A DNA stretch of 64,000 nucleotides, from NCBI GenBank assembly GCA_044222185.1, contig JBGANV010000007.1, positions 64,001-128,000 of the forward strand, given 5' to 3'. The notes beneath the pieces were generated by a model. The model had not been told where the DNA came from and ran no database searches. It was given only the letters and a program-made list of their open reading frames with translations. This DNA comes from Planctomycetota bacterium (GTDB lineage: Bacteria; Planctomycetota; GCA-002687715; CAIWVZ01). Position numbers and translations under genes: made by a program. Below are positions 9,415 to 18,983 of the stretch, piece after piece (position 1 is the stretch's first letter; each line of letters opens with the position of its first letter).

Positions 9415-11907
9415 ATGAGGACGAGACCCTCGGTGCTCGTGGCCTTGGCGTTCGCGATGCTCGGGTCGGTCGAATCGGCCGCACAATGTCCACCGGCGCA
9501 GTGGTCGGGAATGGCGCTGCCTGGGGGACTGGGCGCAACGGCCATCTATGCGACGTTCCGCTGGGATCCCGACGGTGGTGGACCGGCGTCGCCGCTGCTC
9601 GTCGCGGGCGGCGACATCACGATGGCCAGCGGCGCGCTGGCGTCGCGCGTGGCGGCGTGGAACGGTTCCACGTGGGTTCCGATGGGCGCGAACCTCGTTG
9701 GTGGCCGAGTCTGGAGCTTCGCGGAGTACCAGGGAAGCCTATATGCCGGTGGCAATCAGACGAGCCTGAGTACGGCGACCAGCCCCAATATCGGCCGATG
9801 GGGCGGCACCGCTTGGCAACCGGTCGGCAGCGGACTGAACGGCAACGTCCGCGCCCTCGCCGTGTTTGGTGGAGAGCTCATCGCCGGCGGCGATTTCACG
9901 ACGGCAGGTGGAGTCGCGGCGCCCTACCTCGCCCGGTGGAATGGGACGGCATGGGCGGCGTTCGGTCCACCCGTGAACGGAGAGGTGGACGCGCTGCGGG
10001 TTGCGAACGGCGAACTCGTCGCTGGCGGGAACTTCACGACGGCGGGCGGGCTCACGGTAAACCGGATCGCGCGGTGGAACGGCGTGTCGTGGCAGCCTTA
10101 TGGTGTCGGATTGGGCGCGACGGTCTACGCGCTTGCCGAATTCGGTGGTCAGCTCGTCGCGGCGGGCCAGTTCAATTCCTCGGGCAGCGCGTCGATTGGC
10201 ACCGTCGCCCGGTGGGACGGCACGTCGTGGCTGCAGCTCGGCGCCGGTGTCTGGAGCGCCGTTCGCTCACTCGAGGTGCTCGGGAGCGAACTCGTCGCCG
10301 GTGGGGATTTCGTTGCGGCCGGCGGCGTCTCCGCGGGCCACATCGCCGCATGGGACGGCTCGTGGGCGTGGCGCTCGCTCGGCCTGGGACTGTCTGCGAC
10401 GGTGCGGGCGCTGATCGTCGATGGGGGCACCCTCGTGGCGGCCGGCGACTTCGACGCAGCAGGCACGGTCGGATTGAACCGGATCGCGCGCTGGAGCGGC
10501 ACGACCTGGTCAGCGCTCACCCCTGAGGGTTTCAACGGGACCATCGCGAGTTTCAGCGAGTTCCAGGGCGATCTGGTTGTGGGCGGGGGGTTCACGATTG
10601 CCGGCGGTCCGTCGGCGAGGCGCGTGGCCCGGCGTATCGGAACGGGATGGCAGCCGTTGGGCGAAGGGATGACCGGATCTGGCCAGGTATTCGTACCGCC
10701 GCCCGCGGTGACGTCGCTCACGATCCACGGTGGGGATCTGATCGCCGGCGGGAACTTCGAGTTCGCGGACTCGAACCCGGCGCTGAACGTTGCCGCGTGG
10801 AATGGGACGTCGTGGCGCGCACTCGGCGGCGGCGTCGGCGCGGGGATCATTCCGGCGATTCCCGTGAATGCCGTGACGACCTACTTGGGCGAGGTCATCG
10901 CAGCCGGTCAGTTCACGGCGGCAAGCGGAGTTCCCGCATCGAACATCGCAGCCTGGAATGGAACCTCATGGCGGGCGCTCGGTTCGGGGCTCAATGGCCC
11001 CGTGCGATCGATGCGTGTCGTCGGGGGACTGCTCGTCGTGGGGGGGAACTTCAGTGCGGCCGGAGGGCTCTCATGCCGGGGGATCGCCACTTGGGACGGC
11101 GCGAGCTGGCAGCCGTTCGGGTATTGGACTGCATGCTCGACGGAGACTTCCGTAGCCGTTTACGCCGTCGGTGAGTATCAGGGGAACGTGGTTGCCGGGC
11201 ACGTGTTCTCCTGTGGACCGTTCGGTCCCACGCAGTTCTGGACCGTCCTACGGTGGACGGGTTCGGCATGGGTTCCGCTGGGTGGAGCATTCACGAATTT
11301 CGTTGGGGCGGCATGGCTGACCACCATCGAGGAGTTCGGTGGCGATCTGGTGGTCGCTGGTGATTTCACCAGTGCCGGTGGCGTCGCCGTCGAACGGATC
11401 GCCGCCTGGAACGGAACCAGTTGGCGCGCACTCGGCACGGGATTGGACGGGACCGCGGGCAGGCTCCATGCCTGGCGTGATCAACTCCTGGTTGCGGGTA
11501 CGTTCCGCATGGCGGGAGGGATCACCTCGCCGTACTTCGCGCAGTGGTCCGTGGCGCGACCTTACCTCCGTCTTCTGCCGAGCACGGCGTCGTCGTCCGT
11601 GACGGTGATCGACGAAGACCTCATCGCGGGGCACGAGTACTTCAATCTCTACAGCACGGAGCTCTGCGGGGGCGGTGTCGGAACAGGCCCATGGATTGGA
11701 CTATGCGCGACCGATCTGACGTCGCTCCTCGATCAGATCGCGTTGCCGATTGGCGCGCAGCCGTTCCATTTCGTCGCAGTGGGTCCTGAGATCGGATTCG
11801 GACCCTATGCCGTTCCGCCGGGATTCGCATTCGACGGTGTCTGCATCGACGTGACGCCAGCCGTCTTCGGATGTCACTCGGGTGTGCAGCGGTTCCTCGC
11901 TCCGTGA
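9415..11907 (+). CDS. secreted beta-propeller protein with W(N/D)GxxWxxLG repeats
   Basis: GGAGG RBS before ATG 9415, a signal peptide ending SAAQC, about 13-14 repeats of ELxAGGxFTxAGGxxxxxIARW(N/D)GxxW, and a distinct Cys-containing C-terminal domain. Confidence 0.85.
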   Translation: MRTRPSVLVALAFAMLGSVESAAQCPPAQWSGMALPGGLGATAIYATFRWDPDGGGPASPLLVAGGDITMASGALASRVAAWNGSTWVPMGANLVGGRVWSFAEYQGSLYAGGNQTSLSTATSPNIGRWGGTAWQPVGSGLNGNVRALAVFGGELIAGGDFTTAGGVAAPYLARWNGTAWAAFGPPVNGEVDALRVANGELVAGGNFTTAGGLTVNRIARWNGVSWQPYGVGLGATVYALAEFGGQLVAAGQFNSSGSASIGTVARWDGTSWLQLGAGVWSAVRSLEVLGSELVAGGDFVAAGGVSAGHIAAWDGSWAWRSLGLGLSATVRALIVDGGTLVAAGDFDAAGTVGLNRIARWSGTTWSALTPEGFNGTIASFSEFQGDLVVGGGFTIAGGPSARRVARRIGTGWQPLGEGMTGSGQVFVPPPAVTSLTIHGGDLIAGGNFEFADSNPALNVAAWNGTSWRALGGGVGAGIIPAIPVNAVTTYLGEVIAAGQFTAASGVPASNIAAWNGTSWRALGSGLNGPVRSMRVVGGLLVVGGNFSAAGGLSCRGIATWDGASWQPFGYWTACSTETSVAVYAVGEYQGNVVAGHVFSCGPFGPTQFWTVLRWTGSAWVPLGGAFTNFVGAAWLTTIEEFGGDLVVAGDFTSAGGVAVERIAAWNGTSWRALGTGLDGTAGRLHAWRDQLLVAGTFRMAGGITSPYFAQWSVARPYLRLLPSTASSSVTVIDEDLIAGHEYFNLYSTELCGGGVGTGPWIGLCATDLTSLLDQIALPIGAQPFHFVAVGPEIGFGPYAVPPGFAFDGVCIDVTPAVFGCHSGVQRFLAP

Positions 11908-12023
11908 CGTGAGGTCGATCCGACTCCGTTCGCGACGGAGCCACGTGCAGACGGAGCGGGCCGTGGCTCGATGATCGGCGCGGCGGAATGATGTCCGTCG
12001 CGCGCGGTCGGACGACCCCGAGG

Positions 12024-13745
12024 CTATTTCCCGGTGCTCCGGTCGGCTGGCAGCTCGTGTCGCGTGGCGATCGGCACGTACCCCGCCTCCAGCCCCTTGG
12101 GCGGCTGGACGATCTGCGCCGGATCGAGTTCGGCGAGCGTGCCCGTGGTCGGCGGGGCGAGATAATCGCGATCCTTCGTCCAAGCGCGGTGCAGTTTCTC
12201 GACGCGCGCTTGCATCGACTCGCGTTCCGCGAGAGTGAGATCAGCATTGAGCAGCGCGGGCTGATCGGCGAAGCGATACCAGCAATAAGTGACGACGCTT
12301 CCGTCGCCGAGTCTCGCCTTGAACGGGCCGGCGGCGGGGCCGGGCGTCCTCCACGATGAGTCCTTCGATTGCGGCGTGTCGTAGGCCTCGGGGGCATCCT
12401 CGCGCGGACGGTCGAAGTGGGCACCCTTCAGGCCGGTTTCCGAAGGGACGTCGGCAGGGGCTGCGACGACCCACTGCGACTTCTTGGCTTCCGTCCGGAG
12501 TCGGTAGTACTCCGGGAGCATCACCATGTCGCCACCAGGCGAGGTGACCTTCGTGACGAAGCGGGAGTTCCACTCGAACCCGTAGGTGGTCGGGTCCGGC
12601 GCAATCGGCGTGGCGAACGACTTCCAGGCCATCGGCATCTTCTGATCCTTTGGAGTGTCGTCCGCGTAGATCTTCCACGTCGAACCACCGTCGGACCGGA
12701 AGTGCTGCACGAATTCGCCCTGGGGGTTGATGGCGCCGCTCACGGGATTGCCGCCATCGAACCAACTGCGGACGCCATCCCAGAGCGCGGCTTTCGTGTA
12801 GGACGTCAGGCGGTGGAGGGCGATCGTCTTGCCCCCGGCGCCGACGGGAAATCGCGTCGGCGCGATGCGGGCGAAGGGTTCACCCCACGAGCTCGTCCCC
12901 AAGGCAGCCGGAACGTATTGCGTCTCCATCTGGAATGCCTTGTTTGGCGTCGACGGCCGCGCGTCGAGGAGCAGGCCCGCATAACGGGGATCGACGACCG
13001 CGGAATGCGACCAGAAGTACGGCGTGAAGAAGCAGACCGGCCCTTTGAAGGTCCGCGTGTTGAGGAAGAGCGTCCAGCAGTTGTCGCCGGTCGGGATCTT
13101 TCGGCCCGCCGTCGTCGCTTTGGGTGCCGTAAGCGGCAGCGGGAGGTACCCGTAACCAAGAAGGTCTCCGCAGGTGCCCTGCTTGAGGTTCAAGCCGTCG
13201 ATCGGGAACAGCAGCCACGGGCTGAGTTGGGCGACGCCATAGAGACCCGCGGGCTTGTCCCACGTGCCGCGACCGTGAGCGGGGCCGTTCGCGATTTCGT
13301 TGAAGTTCACGGCGACGCCCCCCATGATGAACTTCGGCGTTTCGCTGGGGAACCGAGTGTCTCTCCACCAACCCAGGCCGCCTTCGATGTCGGAATACAG
13401 GTCGACGGGCGGCTTGGTGTCGTGTTGCGCGTGCATCCACGTACCGAACAATCCCGTCTGGAAGCGGTGGCCGGGATACTGCTGAAGGAGCGGCCACGCG
13501 GCGGCATACAGCGAGAACCCCGCATTGAACTGGTCGGGCACGTTCTCGGTCGAAACGAGTAGATATCCGGCCATTTCGCCCTTTTGGATCTCGGTTCGAC
13601 TTCGCGCATCGAGACCTCGAGGTTCCGCGTTTGGGGATCGCGCCAAGTGGAGCGAGCCACCTCGTTCGTCCTGCGACACGATGGCTGGGGTCGTCAACAG
13701 GCAGGCGAGCGACGCCCACACGATCGCGGTTCTGCGCTGCTGCAT
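12024..13745 (-). CDS. secreted hypothetical protein (aromatic-rich, possibly an enzyme)
   Basis: The start was moved to MQQRRTAIVWASLACLLTTPAIVSQ (GGAG upstream, signal peptide). The 573-aa body is rich in Trp, Tyr and Gly (YSDIEGGLGWW, VTYCWYRFADQP). Confidence 0.75.
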   Translation of the reverse strand: MQQRRTAIVWASLACLLTTPAIVSQDERGGSLHLARSPNAEPRGLDARSRTEIQKGEMAGYLLVSTENVPDQFNAGFSLYAAAWPLLQQYPGHRFQTGLFGTWMHAQHDTKPPVDLYSDIEGGLGWWRDTRFPSETPKFIMGGVAVNFNEIANGPAHGRGTWDKPAGLYGVAQLSPWLLFPIDGLNLKQGTCGDLLGYGYLPLPLTAPKATTAGRKIPTGDNCWTLFLNTRTFKGPVCFFTPYFWSHSAVVDPRYAGLLLDARPSTPNKAFQMETQYVPAALGTSSWGEPFARIAPTRFPVGAGGKTIALHRLTSYTKAALWDGVRSWFDGGNPVSGAINPQGEFVQHFRSDGGSTWKIYADDTPKDQKMPMAWKSFATPIAPDPTTYGFEWNSRFVTKVTSPGGDMVMLPEYYRLRTEAKKSQWVVAAPADVPSETGLKGAHFDRPREDAPEAYDTPQSKDSSWRTPGPAAGPFKARLGDGSVVTYCWYRFADQPALLNADLTLAERESMQARVEKLHRAWTKDRDYLAPPTTGTLAELDPAQIVQPPKGLEAGYVPIATRHELPADRSTGK

Positions 13746-13959
13746 CACATCCGTCTCCGTCGAATGCAGATCGCCGCCGGTTGCGGGATCGCTCACCGAG
13801 TTCCGTGCGATTCCGGAGGACGCAGGCATTGCAACACTCGCGGACGCGCTTCGCAACGAGGACTCGTTCGGACTGGGTACGGGAGGCAGTGAATCGGGTG
13901 GCGCGCGGCCCAACAAACGCTGAGCGAGCTGGGTGGGTCCGGGCATGATCGCCTCCCAT

Positions 13960-14195
13960 CGCGATGCCGCGGGCGGGAAGCTGCGGCAGGTAGCCGTTCC
14001 GCACGACTTGTCGCCGGCCGCGCTCGTCAACAGGCCTGCATGTCGGGCGACGAACTCGTCCGCCTCAGGAAACAACGCGGCCTGAACCATCCGGTGGGAT
14101 CCATCGCGTGCGATCCCGTCCAGCGAACCACGAAAACACTCATCGCCTTTCGCTGCGACGGCGGGCCGCGGTACGGTCGACGCGTTCAATCTCAC
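13960..14195 (-). pseudogene. IS256-family transposase N-terminal remnant (frameshifted)
   Basis: SLDGIARDGSHRMVQAALFPEADEFVARH is followed in another frame by VRNGYLP. This matches the IS256 N-terminal pattern LDxLxREGARxMLxAALExE...RNGYxP. The boundaries are approximate. Confidence 0.65.
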
Positions 14196-14893
14196 GGCCC
14201 ATCCTTCTGCCTCACTTCGAGGAGCCGGCGGTCAAAGCGCCGACGGGAGGCGCCGCGGTTTTCATTCTGGCTGAACACGACAGTTGGTCAGGCCGCTGTT
14301 GGTCGATCTCGACTGGAGATCGCGGATCGGTCAGCCGAGCGGATTCATCGTCACCGTCAGCCCATCGCGGAGGATGTTCGGGACAGCGTCGACGGAAGTC
14401 CCAAACTCCTTCATCATGGCGGCTTGGCCCGGGAGAAACCCGGAGATGCATCGCGCGAAGGCGATCGTCGACAGGATCCCTCGGAACAGCAGGCCGTCGA
14501 ACCCCAGGGGCGCTCCGGTGATCTTCGACGCGTGACAGGCCATGAAGTCTTGCGCGGCGCTTCCCCCCGTGGCAGGTCGCCATTCAACAGCCTGGTGCAT
14601 ACACGGGCGGCGCCGTGCGTTCATTCACCCGCGTCGCTCACCGAGCGACATTCGCACGTAGGCGCCAGCGTTCGGCTTCGGGTGAGGCGTCAGCCGAGCC
14701 CGAGGTGTGGACGAGCCTCACGAGCGCCGAGACTCGTCCCTCGGCCGGCCGCCATTTTTCTTGAAAATCATGCCGTGATTTTCCACGCAACCGACACGGC
14801 CGTCGCATTTGCCCCAATGCCGACGGGATGCTGTAGGATGCCCGCGCCCGTATCCTCACGGGAACGTTCGGGCCACCTATCGGAGGGATGCCA

Positions 14894-17026
14894 ATGACTT
14901 CGTCTTCGTCTGATGCTGAAGCAGCTCGGGGTGTTCGGCTGTTGTTCGCGGTGAGTCTGCTCGTCGTCGGAGTTCGCGCACAGTACGTGTGCTCTGCCGC
15001 CGAGTTCGGACCAAGCTCTCAGGATCCGATGGTCATCTCTGGCGCATGGACGATCGGACCAGGGTGCACTCTGAATTTCGGTCCGCGACACGTCATTCTG
15101 AGCCCGACCGCAAACCTTGCGATCAGCAACGCGACGATTTCATGCGCGAAATTCACGGCGCAGCCTGGAAGTCAAATCGTCGGGCTCGGCGCGACGCTGA
15201 ATCTGTCGACGACATCGTCGGGCCCGAACAATGGTGACGTCCGGCTGGATGGAACCGTCGACGTCCATGGACTTGCGGCGGGAGGATCCGTGGCCATCAA
15301 TGCGTCCGGCGCACTCACATCGAGTGGAAATGGGAACATCGACGCAAGCGCCACGGCAGCTGGTGGAAGCGGTGGAACGGTGTCATTGACGGCGGCGTCT
15401 GCAATATCGATAGCCGGTGCCGCGACATCGATTGATGTTGGGTGCACCGGTTCGCCATCAACGGGTGGAAGCCTCGCTATTCAATCGACTGGCGGTTCCG
15501 TCACTGTTTCTCGCGATCTGTCCGCAGCCGCAGTCGGTTTCAGTGGTGGTGCCGTGACGATCACCGCGTTCGGGGACATCTCGGTGGGCCCGGGTGCGAT
15601 CACCACGTCCAGCACTGCGTTCCAAACTAACCCGAGTTATTACACTGGAGTCGGTGGGCCTGTGGTACTCACCGCAGGTGGCCAGATCACGGTTGGTGGG
15701 TCGATAAGTGCGAGCGCATCCACCACCATATGGCCGTCGCCCTATTATCTTGCCGGGGCAGGTGGGAGCGTCACTCTGATCGCCGGAACCCACGTGCTAA
15801 TTACCCAGCCTGTCGAATCTCAGAACTTCAGTGCGATCGGACCCCCAGTTCCGCCGAGCACACTGAACATCACGGCGGGAGGAAACGTTACGATCGCGCA
15901 CAACTTGGATTTCTCGAGTCTGTGGGAATACGGACGCGGTGGGGCGATCGCGATCGCGGCAGGTGGCAACCTCGTCTTGATGACGGGAACCATCAGTGCC
16001 GCCGGAGGCGACTATCCTGGACAGAACGGGCCGGTGGGTTCCGCAAGCCTGTCGGGGAGCCAAGGGATCATTCTGCACGGGTCAATCGTGCTTCCCGGTG
16101 GCTACCTCCCGATGACCTCAGCGTTCGGATCAGTCACGCTGTTTGGGGGGATCAGTCTTCACCGCGCCGTAAGCGGACCGTCTCAGACGACCATCAATCA
16201 GAGCGGAACTCTGGAGGTGACTGCACATGGAGACATCACGCTATCGACCTACCTCGATCTTTCCGGAATTTTTGGTGGCCACCTTTACCTCACATCCGAT
16301 CGTGACGTGATCCTTACGCCGTCAGCGCACGTCAACGGCAATACGTTCTTCAGCTCCTACGACGGTGGAGGCTCGGGCGTTCGTGTGGGGCTGAGAGGGT
16401 GCCGTGTGACCGTACAGCCGGGTGCGACGCTCGTCGCAACGATCAATCCTACATATTACAGCTACTACTATTCGGAGATCGTGATGACTGCGGGAGATCT
16501 GCTCACGATGGGCGGCGCCATCACCACGAACTCTCTCGCACCGGTGTTCACGACGAGGTTGGCGTCAGCCTCGATCACGGGGACGATTTCAAGCGGGCCC
16601 GTCGTGCCTATCGTTGACCCAACTCTTGCCCCCTGCCTTGCCTCGGACCTCGCAACACTCACGGCTCCGGCGACGGTGTCGTTGGGCGGCGGTCTCACCG
16701 TGTCGGCCACCGGCCCCCCTTCGCGCCCACTCATCGTTGCGGTCGACACGCAGATCACGCACCTGTCGCTCGGAGGCTTGCTCGGGTGGACCCAGGTGAG
16801 CTTTTTGAATCCCACGCACTTCTTTCTTGCGGATCTCGGTGCATTCGGATCACCGATTGCGGGATCGACGACGGATGGCAATGGCGCATGGTCGTACTCG
16901 ACCACGATTCCGAACGTTCCCTCACTCCACGGGCTGGACGTCTTCATCGAGGCGTACATCCTCGATGCATCAGCACGCAACGGTGTGTTCCACCAACCTC
17001 CGTACAAGTCCGTGCATCTGAACTGA
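14894..17026 (+). CDS. secreted Gly/Ser/Thr-rich adhesin-like (beta-helix/FHA-like) protein with C-terminal domain
   Basis: GGAGG RBS 7 nt before ATG 14894, a signal peptide ending VRAQ, repeated GGxGGxVxLxAxGxIxV units, and C-terminal IPNVPSLHGLDVFIEAYILD. GC is lower than in flanking genes. Confidence 0.75.
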   Translation: MTSSSSDAEAARGVRLLFAVSLLVVGVRAQYVCSAAEFGPSSQDPMVISGAWTIGPGCTLNFGPRHVILSPTANLAISNATISCAKFTAQPGSQIVGLGATLNLSTTSSGPNNGDVRLDGTVDVHGLAAGGSVAINASGALTSSGNGNIDASATAAGGSGGTVSLTAASAISIAGAATSIDVGCTGSPSTGGSLAIQSTGGSVTVSRDLSAAAVGFSGGAVTITAFGDISVGPGAITTSSTAFQTNPSYYTGVGGPVVLTAGGQITVGGSISASASTTIWPSPYYLAGAGGSVTLIAGTHVLITQPVESQNFSAIGPPVPPSTLNITAGGNVTIAHNLDFSSLWEYGRGGAIAIAAGGNLVLMTGTISAAGGDYPGQNGPVGSASLSGSQGIILHGSIVLPGGYLPMTSAFGSVTLFGGISLHRAVSGPSQTTINQSGTLEVTAHGDITLSTYLDLSGIFGGHLYLTSDRDVILTPSAHVNGNTFFSSYDGGGSGVRVGLRGCRVTVQPGATLVATINPTYYSYYYSEIVMTAGDLLTMGGAITTNSLAPVFTTRLASASITGTISSGPVVPIVDPTLAPCLASDLATLTAPATVSLGGGLTVSATGPPSRPLIVAVDTQITHLSLGGLLGWTQVSFLNPTHFFLADLGAFGSPIAGSTTDGNGAWSYSTTIPNVPSLHGLDVFIEAYILDASARNGVFHQPPYKSVHLN

Positions 17027-17189
17027 TTTGCCGAGAGCGGGGGTGTCTCCGCTGACGGTGACAATCCAAAGGTGCGGGCCTCGAGCCTCAGAGGGTGCCG
17101 ACGAGCGGCCCGTTCGGGGCGCTCGAACAGCAACGCTGGTGGATTGTCGTGCAACGCCCTGCGTTGGGGTCGCAGGCTGCCTCAGGAAC

Positions 17190-17620
17190 GACGGGATTCG
17201 GGTCGGAAAGCCCAGCGATGTTGCGAAGGCGGGACGTTCGCCGGACGGCATGCTCGATGACGCGCCGGAAGAGGTGGACGCACTTCGACAGCGTCGAAGC
17301 GCCGAATCTTCTTCCTGCCAACGTCCCGGTCACCGACGCCCTCCTCCGGTCCGCCAACGTAGGTTTCGTCTCCCTGCATGAAGCCCTTCAGCGGCTCGAG
17401 GTCCTTCCGCACGAGGACGTCGCGGATCTTCTGCAGCCACATCCGGCCCGTTGCGTAGGTCGACTCGCGCAGGCGGGGGATGTCATTCGCGTTGCGCCCG
17501 TCCTTTCTGCGCGCGAACTCAAACACGGCGCGGAACCACCTTCGCAGAGGCTCCCGGGCGCCGTGGAACAACGTCCCAGCGGTGACCGATGCTTGGTGCG
17601 TGCAGCCAGAGCACTCCTCG
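17190..17620 (-). pseudogene. IS1595-family transposase remnant, internally deleted
   Basis: ECSGCTHQASVTAGTLFHGAREPLRRWFRAVFEF...MWLQKIRDVL...QGDETYVGG covers half of the Zn ribbon, the HTH and the first catalytic D. LFRRVIEHAV, resembling the C-terminus, follows in another frame. The boundaries are approximate. Confidence 0.8.
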
Positions 17621-17790
17621 GGCTGGAGTGCGTCGTGTGGCTGTCCTACGCATCCGCCTTCGAGTTCTACGCTGCTCTCGTGTCGATCGTCCCCGGCAAT
17701 GCGTATCCCGAAACGTCTGCCGACCGAGCGTTGGGGGCTTTGGCCGCGCGCCCACTATCGATCAAGGCGTCTGATCCTCGCTCCGAACCT

Positions 17791-18891
17791 TCACATCACC
17801 ACCACCCCGCGCGCCAGATCGCCTGTCAGCAGATCGGCGTAGGCGCGGTTGATGTCGCCGAGGGCGTAGCGGCGCGTGACGAGGCGATCGAGAGGAAGGC
17901 GACCGGCGATGAAATGAGCGGCATAGGCCGGGAAGTCGCGGTCGGCCTGGACGCTGCCGTAATAAGACCCGAGGATGCTCTTCTCCTCGCGAACGATCAG
18001 GGATGACGGGAAACTCGTGTTGCTTCCCATGGGCGACAATCCCACGAGCACGAGCCGTCCACCGGGTCGCACGGCCTGAAACGATTGCTCCTGAACGGCG
18101 GGCGAGCCCACGGCCTCGAACACGACGTCGGCGCCGCGACCATCGGTCAACCGGCGAATCGCCGTTGCAGCGTCGGGCCCCGCGGGAACCGCGTCGGTTG
18201 CACCGAAATCGCGGACCATGGCGAGCTTCGCCGGGGACTTGTCGACGACGATGACCTGCCGCGCATCGGAGAGTCGCGCGCCGAGGACGACGCTCAACCC
18301 CACGCCGCCCGCGCCGAAGACGGCGACGCTCTCGCCGGGAGAGACTCGCGCGGTGTTGAGGGCTGCGCCCACACCCGTCGCGACGGCACACCCGAGAAGC
18401 GCCGCGACCTCGAACGGAATCTCCGTGCGAATGGGAATGCAGCACAACTCGGGAACGACCGTCCGCTCGGCGAAACACCCAAGTCCGCAGTAGGTGAACA
18501 CGGGATGACCATCGCGGGAGAATCGCGCGGTGCCGTCGAGCATCGTTCCGGCCCAGAGCGGACCGACGTAGGTCGAGCACAGCGCCGGGCGTCCCCGCTC
18601 GCAGTAGAAGCACTCACCGCACGCCGGAGCCCAGTTCAAGACGACGTGGTCGCCGACCTGGACGCGCGTGACGTCAGCGCCGACGGCCTCGACGACGCCT
18701 GCTCCCTCGTGCCCAAGGACGGCAGGCAATACGTGCTGAGTATCCCCCGTCACGAGGTGCCAGTCGGAGTGGCAGACGCCGGTCGCATGCACGCGCACGA
18801 GCACTTCGCCCCGCTTCGGAGGTCCCAGTTCCAGTGTTTCCACCGAAATCAGCGTTCCGACCCGGTTCAGAACGGCAGCTTGGGTTTTCAT
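17791..18891 (-). CDS. Zn-dependent alcohol dehydrogenase (class III/MDR-like)
   Basis: GVCHSD, LGHEGAG, structural Zn motif CGECFYC...C, LGCAVATG and Rossmann motif GAGGVG. Confidence 0.95.
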   Translation of the reverse strand: MKTQAAVLNRVGTLISVETLELGPPKRGEVLVRVHATGVCHSDWHLVTGDTQHVLPAVLGHEGAGVVEAVGADVTRVQVGDHVVLNWAPACGECFYCERGRPALCSTYVGPLWAGTMLDGTARFSRDGHPVFTYCGLGCFAERTVVPELCCIPIRTEIPFEVAALLGCAVATGVGAALNTARVSPGESVAVFGAGGVGLSVVLGARLSDARQVIVVDKSPAKLAMVRDFGATDAVPAGPDAATAIRRLTDGRGADVVFEAVGSPAVQEQSFQAVRPGGRLVLVGLSPMGSNTSFPSSLIVREEKSILGSYYGSVQADRDFPAYAAHFIAGRLPLDRLVTRRYALGDINRAYADLLTGDLARGVVVM

Positions 18892-18983
18892 GGGAGGTGC
18901 GCGCCATCGTACAGGGACATCGCGCGGCTGAAACACCTTCCTTCGTCTCGCGCTCCGTCCTGCACACGGATATCCTCCGGCCC

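Noticed and set aside
13746-14195. N-terminal 150 aa of the 723-aa ORF
   Set aside because: In-frame read-through of an IS256 relic and non-coding DNA. The signal peptide and RBS point to a start at 13745.
14284-14624. Short ORFs on both strands inside the island
   Set aside because: The minus-strand translation looks partly protein-like, but no family is recognisable and it may be debris.
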